From positions 32,001-96,000 of the forward strand of contig JBMNFY010000015.1 in NCBI GenBank assembly GCA_050949565.1: a stretch of DNA of 64,000 nt, read 5' to 3'. This document shows positions 59,075 to 64,000 of the stretch, in pieces. This stretch comes from Kiritimatiellia bacterium (lineage in GTDB: Bacteria > Verrucomicrobiota > Kiritimatiellia > RFP12 > UBA1067). Both the position numbers and the translations under genes were made by a program. Within the stretch, counting starts at the first letter, position 1. Every line of letters starts with the position of its first letter. Below the pieces are notes generated by a model. The model ran no database searches and was not told the origin of the DNA. It saw only the letters and a program-made list of their open reading frames with translations.

Positions 59075-59482
59075 TCAGACCGCGACCCTGACCAGGACGC
59101 GCCGCTTGAGCTGCGTGAGGCACGGGGAGTCCGGCCATGCGCCGCGCACCAGCAGCACCACGCCGCAGCCGGTGTCTTCGTAGGCCCTGCGCAGCTCGTC
59201 CGCCTCTCGGCAGTCCAGCCGCTCGGCGCCGTCCACGACCAGCATGCCGCCGCGCCCGGCCTCCTCCGCCGCCGCGCCGATCGCCTCCCGCCGCGCCGCG
59301 CCCACGGGGACGAACCGCGTGAACGGCATGAGGCCCGCGAAGCGGGCGACGGCGCCGGACCCGCCGCCGCCCTCCGCCATCATGACCTCCGCCATCGCGC
59401 GGGTCTCCCGCGCCGCGTGGATGGCCATGGCCACCGCCCGCTTCACGCTCTGCATCCGTGTCTTCTGTTCCTTCCGTTTCAT
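59075..59482 (-). CDS. Truncated MuB-like AAA fragment (no Walker A; Walker B DE changed to DG)
   Basis: MLVVDGAERL...ELRRAYEDTGCGVVLL resembles MuB MLLIFDEMHQ...WLRELYDRTGCGIVFCG; RBS AAGGAG. Confidence 0.6.
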   Translation of the reverse strand: MKRKEQKTRMQSVKRAVAMAIHAARETRAMAEVMMAEGGGGSGAVARFAGLMPFTRFVPVGAARREAIGAAAEEAGRGGMLVVDGAERLDCREADELRRAYEDTGCGVVLLVRGAWPDSPCLTQLKRRVLVRVAV

Positions 59483-59537
59483 CGCTTCTTCTCCTTTTCT
59501 TTGTCCGCCCCGGCGCGACCGCCGCGCCGGGAAATCG

Positions 59538-59744
59538 TCACCCGCGCTCCCCGAACGCGCGGGGGATGCCCTCGAAAACCGCCAGCCTTTGCGGCGTCCG
59601 GCTCCCGGCGCACTTCGGGTTCGAGCACACCCAGTGCCTCTCGTAAAACCCCCTCGGGTTCGTTTCGCTCCGCACCCCGCCCTTCTTTCTGCCCGGCGCC
59701 CCGCAAAGGGCGCACACCGGCGTGCGCACATCGACCCGCCTCAT
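59538..59744 (-). CDS. Small zinc-ribbon protein
   Basis: CALCG...WVCSNPKC; RBS GAGGAGG. Confidence 0.55.
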   Translation of the reverse strand: MRRVDVRTPVCALCGAPGRKKGGVRSETNPRGFYERHWVCSNPKCAGSRTPQRLAVFEGIPRAFGERG

Positions 59745-59828
59745 ATCGCCGCCTCCTCTTTCGCCATCCACCATGCCGCATTGTCCTTGTGCTCGATCAT
59801 CCTCATTTCGCTTCTCCTTCTTGCTTTT

Positions 59829-60488
59829 TCAGCGTTGTGTAACGTTGTAGCAGTCCAGCTCCCTGAGCGCGGCGGCGAGCGCCGCCCTGATGCGCGCGTA
59901 CTGGGCACACTTCCGGCGCGGGCGCGCCACGGCGTGGCGCGCCTGCCGCTCGTCGAATCCCATGCGCCTGCACCAGCCGCTGAAGCTCGCGCCGCGCGCC
60001 TTGAAAAGCCGGAGGATGTCCTCGTAGGACGCCCCGCCGCCGGCCGCGCGCGCCGCCCTGCGGTCAGCCGCTCGGTGCGCCGCGCCGCGCCCGGCCTCGG
60101 CCTCCGCCGCCATGCGGATCGCGCGCCCCGTCATCACAAGCCCGCCCTCCCGGGACTCGCCCGCGTACAGCCCCGCCGCCCCGCTGATCTCCAGCGCGCG
60201 CCGCTCCACCGCCGCCACGCTGAGATGTCGGTACGCCGGCCGCGCGGCCAGCCATGCCCGCGCCGTCGTCAGCCCCTCATCCGCCTTCCACGCCTCCCAC
60301 GCCCTCACGAGTTTCCGGTATTCGTTGATCGTCATTTCCCGCCCTCCGTGCTCGTCCTGTTGCACCAAACGCTTGCGCCGGCCATGCTTCCGCTTGAGGT
60401 TCTGATAGCAGGAGAAAAGCCCCTCCGCTATTTCCGGAGTGAGGTCGTAGACCTCTCCCATCACGATCAGCCGGTTCCTGCCTCTCAT
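59829..60488 (-). CDS. Phage protein with C-terminal Ner/Nlp-like HTH
   Basis: ILRLFKARGASFSGWCRRMGF...ARHAV; ATG overlaps the cro stop; an internal start at 60335 is also plausible. Confidence 0.6.
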   Translation of the reverse strand: MRGRNRLIVMGEVYDLTPEIAEGLFSCYQNLKRKHGRRKRLVQQDEHGGREMTINEYRKLVRAWEAWKADEGLTTARAWLAARPAYRHLSVAAVERRALEISGAAGLYAGESREGGLVMTGRAIRMAAEAEAGRGAAHRAADRRAARAAGGGASYEDILRLFKARGASFSGWCRRMGFDERQARHAVARPRRKCAQYARIRAALAAALRELDCYNVTQR

Positions 60489-60664
60489 ATCGCGCTCTCT
60501 TCCAGCCGGATGCCCAGCCGCTTCAGTTTCTTTTCAAGCTCTGGCCCCGCCTTGCGCTCGCCGCGCAGTACCCGCGATAGGTGGCTCTGCGAGACGCCGA
60601 CCAGCCTCGCCGTTCGCGTGACCCCTCTAAAAAGCGTCACCGGCCTGATTGTCTGATTCATCAT
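60485..60664 (-). CDS. Cro/Ner-like HTH regulator (59 aa), first gene of the early operon
   Basis: Hand translation MMNQTIRPVTLFRGVTRTARLVGVSQSHLSRVLRGERKAGPELEKKLKRLGIRLEESAI*. Confidence 0.8.
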   Translation of the reverse strand: MMNQTIRPVTLFRGVTRTARLVGVSQSHLSRVLRGERKAGPELEKKLKRLGIRLEESAI

Positions 60665-60775
60665 GGGTGTGTGTCAGATTCGTGACGTGAAAATCAGATT
60701 GCGCTTGCGTGGCGCATGTGGACGCGTTATATTTTGTAGCGGTTTAACTACAAACAATCTAACGAAAGGACACCT

Positions 60776-61099
60776 ATGGAACTTCCCCAGATATTCGCGG
60801 AAATCGCAGCCAGCATCCCGGCCAGGCGCGGCAGGCTCTTCGAGCAGTATTCGACCAGGACCGCCGCCGACGGGACGGTCCGGCGGACGGGGCCCTACTA
60901 CGTGCTTACGCGGTCCGTCAACGGCAGGACCGTCTCGGAGCGGGTCAAGGCCGAGGACGCGCCCCGCGTGCGGGAGGAGATCGAGCGCGGGGCGAGGCTC
61001 GCGGCGCTCTTCGAGAGGATATGGGAGATGGCGGAGTGCGCGGCGCGGCAGGCCCGCGACCCTAAAAAAAAACAGGGCCGGACGGCACCCCGGCGCTAG
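60776..61099 (+). CDS. IS orfA (DUF6788-like)
   Basis: RRGRL...GPYYVLTRSVNGRTVSERV pattern; ends just after an A9 run. Confidence 0.7.
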   Translation: MELPQIFAEIAASIPARRGRLFEQYSTRTAADGTVRRTGPYYVLTRSVNGRTVSERVKAEDAPRVREEIERGARLAALFERIWEMAECAARQARDPKKKQGRTAPRR

Positions 61100-62415
61100 G
61101 GCGCATTGAGGCGGCCGCCCTCGATCTCGTCGGCGCCGCCGTCAAGGCCGAGGCCGACGCGCGGAGCGGAGCGCGGGACCTGAGCGAGGTGGAGGGCGAC
61201 CTGCGCTCGGCGGCGCTGTCCTTCGCGGCGAAGGCGCTCGGGGCGCTCATGTCCGGCCCGCTCCAGCAGGCCGCGGGCGTGGACGCCCCGGCCGGCCGGC
61301 GCGGAACCAGGACCGAGACGGTGCTCACCAGCGTGGGGGACGTGCCCTACACGCGGGCATACGTCCCCGGCGGCGACCGGCCGTTCCCGGCCGACGAGGA
61401 ACTGGGGCTGGTCTGCCGGTGCACGCCGTCCGCAGCGAAGCTCCTCTGCCACGAGGCCGCCCGCAGCCAGTCCTACCTGCAGGCCTCGGAGAGCCTCGCG
61501 CTTTCCGCCGGCATCTCGGTCTCCGCCAGCAGCATCCACCGGCTCGTGCGCGCCGTCGGCCCGGACATGGAGGCGTGGGCGCTCTCCCGCACGCCGTCGC
61601 CCGCGGAGCCGGGGCGCGACGTCATCGTCTGCCTCCAGATGGACATGACCGGCGTGCGGATGCTGAAGCGGTATCTCAAGGGCGCCAGGGGCAGGGGCGG
61701 GGGGGATCCCAAGGGCCGCCAGATCAAGTGCGGGACGCTCTTCCTGATGGAGCGGGACGCCGAGGGCCGGTACCGGCGGATAAGCGGCAGCGCCGTGCAC
61801 GTGATCTCCTTCTGCGACCCCGTGTCGTTCTCCGACGCGCTGGAAAAGGCGCGGCAGAAGCTCGCGGCCCCCCACGGGGCCACGCTGGTCGTCGTCGCGG
61901 ACGGCGCGGAGTGGATCTGGAACATCGTCTCGGACCGCTTCAAGGAGGCGTTCAGCATCATCGACTTCTGGCACGCCGCCGACCGGCTCCACGACCTCTG
62001 CGAGTTCGCCCTGGGGAAGGGGGACGCGGCGCAGGCGCTCTTCAAGGAGTGGCGGAAGAAGATGAAGGTGTACGGGGTGGACTGCGTGATCCGCCACTTC
62101 GAGGGAATGGAGGGCTCCCGGAGGAAGCTCAAGGGCGTCGCCAAGCGCCTGGCGTACTTCAAGAGGTACCGCGGGCAGATGCAGTACCGCAGGTTCCGCC
62201 GCGAGGGATGGCCGATCGGTTCCGGCGCGGTCGAAGGCGCCTGCAAGTCGCTGATCAAGCAGCGCACGAACCTCTCGGGGCAGCGCTGGTCGCCCGACGG
62301 CGCGCTGGACGTGCTCTGGGCGCGGGCGCTGATCACCGACGGGCTCCATGACGAGTACTGGAAGGAAAAACGGAGCCGCGAGGGGAAGCGCAGAGAGCCC
62401 GTGTTCGCGGCGTGA
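61066..62415 (+). CDS. ISKra4-like DDE transposase (orfB, -1 frame relative to orfA)
   Basis: MDMTGV, ADGAEWIW, IDFWHA, GSGAVEGACK...GQRWS; frame open from 61066 (track start 61189). Confidence 0.88.
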   Translation, partial: KKTGPDGTPALGRIEAAALDLVGAAVKAEADARSGARDLSEVEGDLRSAALSFAAKALGALMSGPLQQAAGVDAPAGRRGTRTETVLTSVGDVPYTRAYVPGGDRPFPADEELGLVCRCTPSAAKLLCHEAARSQSYLQASESLALSAGISVSASSIHRLVRAVGPDMEAWALSRTPSPAEPGRDVIVCLQMDMTGVRMLKRYLKGARGRGGGDPKGRQIKCGTLFLMERDAEGRYRRISGSAVHVISFCDPVSFSDALEKARQKLAAPHGATLVVVADGAEWIWNIVSDRFKEAFSIIDFWHAADRLHDLCEFALGKGDAAQALFKEWRKKMKVYGVDCVIRHFEGMEGSRRKLKGVAKRLAYFKRYRGQMQYRRFRREGWPIGSGAVEGACKSLIKQRTNLSGQRWSPDGALDVLWARALITDGLHDEYWKEKRSREGKRREPVFAA

Positions 62416-62530
62416 CAGCGGAAACAGCGGAAACGATGTTACGAATCTGACACACACCCTTCATCATCCTTATCCTTTCCTTCGCATGATCTCGGTGCTA
62501 TCATGCCGCCTGTCATGCGTTACGGCGGGG

Positions 62531-62560
62531 ATGTTACCGCATAACTCGGTAATATGTCAA
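62531..62560 (-). promoter_or_regulatory. Phage early promoter overlapped by a palindromic operator
   Basis: Minus strand TTGACA-N18-TAACAT; palindrome TTACCG-N7-CGGTAA at 62534-62552. Confidence 0.65.
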
Positions 62561-62578
62561 TCGAGAAACGAGGTTAAT

Positions 62579-62899
62579 GTGGAAAGTTCTTTTGGCGCAA
62601 AACTACGTGAATTGAGAGGTACGCAATCACAATCTGCGGTGGCTGCAGTTTTTGGAATTGCTCAGCAAACATACGGCGGATGGGAGAAAGATCAGCGACG
62701 ACCCGACTTAACCGAGCTTCGCAGGATTTGTACGCATTACGCGGTATCCGCTGATTGGTTGCTTGGGTTGAAGCCCGCTGTCGATAAGCGTGCGGCGGAT
62801 GCGGAAGCCAGACTCCGAGCGGCGCATGATGCGTTCTTTAAAGTAACAGAAGCCGTGAACCTGTTAGGGAGGTCGCTACATGACGCAGAAGGGTTTTAG
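62579..62899 (+). CDS. XRE/cI-like prophage repressor
   Basis: GTG start after GAGG; FGAKLRELRG..SQ..VA..FGIAQQTYGGWEK..RRPD....ICTHYAVSADWLLG; divergent from cro. Confidence 0.88.
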   Translation: MESSFGAKLRELRGTQSQSAVAAVFGIAQQTYGGWEKDQRRPDLTELRRICTHYAVSADWLLGLKPAVDKRAADAEARLRAAHDAFFKVTEAVNLLGRSLHDAEGF

Positions 62900-62917
62900 A
62901 AAACTGGAGGTGGCGCT

Positions 62918-63169
62918 GTGAACACCCCCGAAGAAGTCTGGTTGCAGCTTACAGTGATGTTGAAGGACAATTACGCTGAAACCGATTCCGAGAAGGCGCG
63001 TCTGTGCGGCGTCAGCGCGTCAACGTTCAGGAGGTGGAAGAAGAAACGCGCCGTTGCCTGGTCATCGGTTGTGTCTTTAGCGAACACCTATGACAAAGAT
63101 AATCGTCTTAGACGGCCAGACGCGCCCGACGGAAACCTAAAATTTCTCTTGTTTAACGAAAACGTGTAA
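62918..63169 (+). CDS. Small HTH protein
   Basis: SEKARLCGVSASTFRRWK; RBS GGAGG. Confidence 0.65.
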   Translation: MNTPEEVWLQLTVMLKDNYAETDSEKARLCGVSASTFRRWKKKRAVAWSSVVSLANTYDKDNRLRRPDAPDGNLKFLLFNENV

Positions 63170-63186
63170 GCTGAAGAAGGGACGAC

Positions 63187-63864
63187 ATGAGTCTGGAAGA
63201 AAATCCCGTCTTTAACATTTATGACCGTCTGATGCCCTCGGCTTGGAGCGGCGTTACGCAGATGAAGGTCTATGCGCGGGCGCGGTGCTTTTTTGCGCCT
63301 GGCGTGGATGACGTTGAAATTGTGAAACTCATTCATACGGAGATCCGGCCTAGCGTTTTCGGTCAGGTCGGCCCCGCGCAGTGCAGGGGAGCGATCATCT
63401 GCAAGACCGACATTCGGACACCGGAGTTTAGCCAAGCAATCGACGATGCGATGACTTGGTGGCACGCGCTTTTTTGCGCGGCGCGTCGTCTCGCCGCCGT
63501 GGATGATGCTGTTAAAACCGTGTGGCCCAACCTCCGTCTGCGGTTGACGGGCGATCCGTGCTGTGATGTCTGCGCGGTGCTCGACGGTGTTGTGTTTCGG
63601 CGGGACAGCCCCGCGCTTATCCCGTTCATGCCGCCATGGCACATTGGTTGTGGACTGCATTTCGAGAACGTGAAAAAAGCGACCCGTCCGACTGAAAGCA
63701 GAATCGATACGGACGCACTGTTGAAGATGGCGAACGTCCGCAGAATGTTCAGTCCATGTGAGTTCGCGGCAGAATGGCTGTTAAATGAAGATGTCAGTCT
63801 GCCATCGATGTTTGAGATTATCGGATGCCTGTTGCGCAGAATGATGCCGCCCAAAAAAAATTAA
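63187..63864 (+). CDS. Hypothetical protein with MuF-like Cys/His motif
   Basis: CCDVCAVLDGVVF...P....PPWHIGC; co-oriented with the repressor. Confidence 0.55.
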   Translation: MSLEENPVFNIYDRLMPSAWSGVTQMKVYARARCFFAPGVDDVEIVKLIHTEIRPSVFGQVGPAQCRGAIICKTDIRTPEFSQAIDDAMTWWHALFCAARRLAAVDDAVKTVWPNLRLRLTGDPCCDVCAVLDGVVFRRDSPALIPFMPPWHIGCGLHFENVKKATRPTESRIDTDALLKMANVRRMFSPCEFAAEWLLNEDVSLPSMFEIIGCLLRRMMPPKKN

Positions 63865-63912
63865 CCGCCTTTGCGCGCCGCGCGCCCGCGCCTCCCGGCT
63901 CCACGCGCTTTC

Positions 63913-63942
63913 AACGCCCTCCGCAACGGGGGGCGTTTTTTT
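63913..63942 (+). terminator. Intrinsic terminator of the repressor operon
   Basis: AACGCCCTCCG-CAA-CGGGGGGCGTT followed by a T-run. Confidence 0.8.
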
Positions 63943-64000
63943 ATTTTTAGTTTTCTCTTGACTTTCCGTTTTTTTCAAAGGGCAAAGCACAATGCCAAAA

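Larger units (their letters stand above)
60665..62459 (+). mobile_element. ISKra4-family-like insertion sequence
   Basis: TIRs GGGTGTGTGTCAGATTCGT / ACGAATCTGACACACACCC; 8-bp direct repeat TTCATCAT at 60657-60664 and 62460-62467. Confidence 0.93.
50011..64000. mobile_element. Mu-like (transposable) prophage, left part; left boundary uncertain (about 50010-50290)
   Basis: MuA, MuB, DUF3164, DUF3102, many small early genes, cro/ner and a divergent repressor; continues past the window end. Confidence 0.85.

Noticed and set aside
59014-59533. Integron attC sites
   Set aside because: No RYYYAAC/GTTRRRY boxes and no integron integrase

Overview
GC-rich bacterial chromosome segment, probably from a PVC-superphylum organism (Kiritimatiellia/Lentisphaerae-like). 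This is inferred from an H-X9-DG prepilin, an exosortase-EpsI fusion, many CAZymes and the repeat landscape. Bases 1-45.3 kb are mostly core or metabolic genes: manC, the uppS-cdsA-dxr-rseP-ispG operon, purA, nadE, kdgK, pdxB, a fused ahbAB, a wecA/pglF/exosortase cluster, fadL, GH127 and GH2. They are peppered with REP-like palindromes, MITE-like elements and heptamer repeats, some of which are translated in frame. Accessory highlights: (i) tandem cobalamin riboswitches controlling an operon of two secreted proteins with a shared BtuH-like domain plus a type IV pseudopilin, with no TonB receptor or ABC transporter in the window, a candidate pilus-linked B12 capture system; (ii) a polymorphic-toxin-like locus (HExxH metallopeptidase, partner gene, orphan C-terminal cassette, second partner gene split by an IS4-type element); (iii) a decayed restriction-modification island (34-aa Dcm stub plus intact DUF3883 nuclease) inside the dxr-ispG operon; (iv) from about 50 kb to the end, a Mu-like prophage with a leftward early operon, whose cro/ner gene is cut off from its promoter and RBS by an ISKra4-type IS. 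All calls come from visual motif recognition; no database searches were run.
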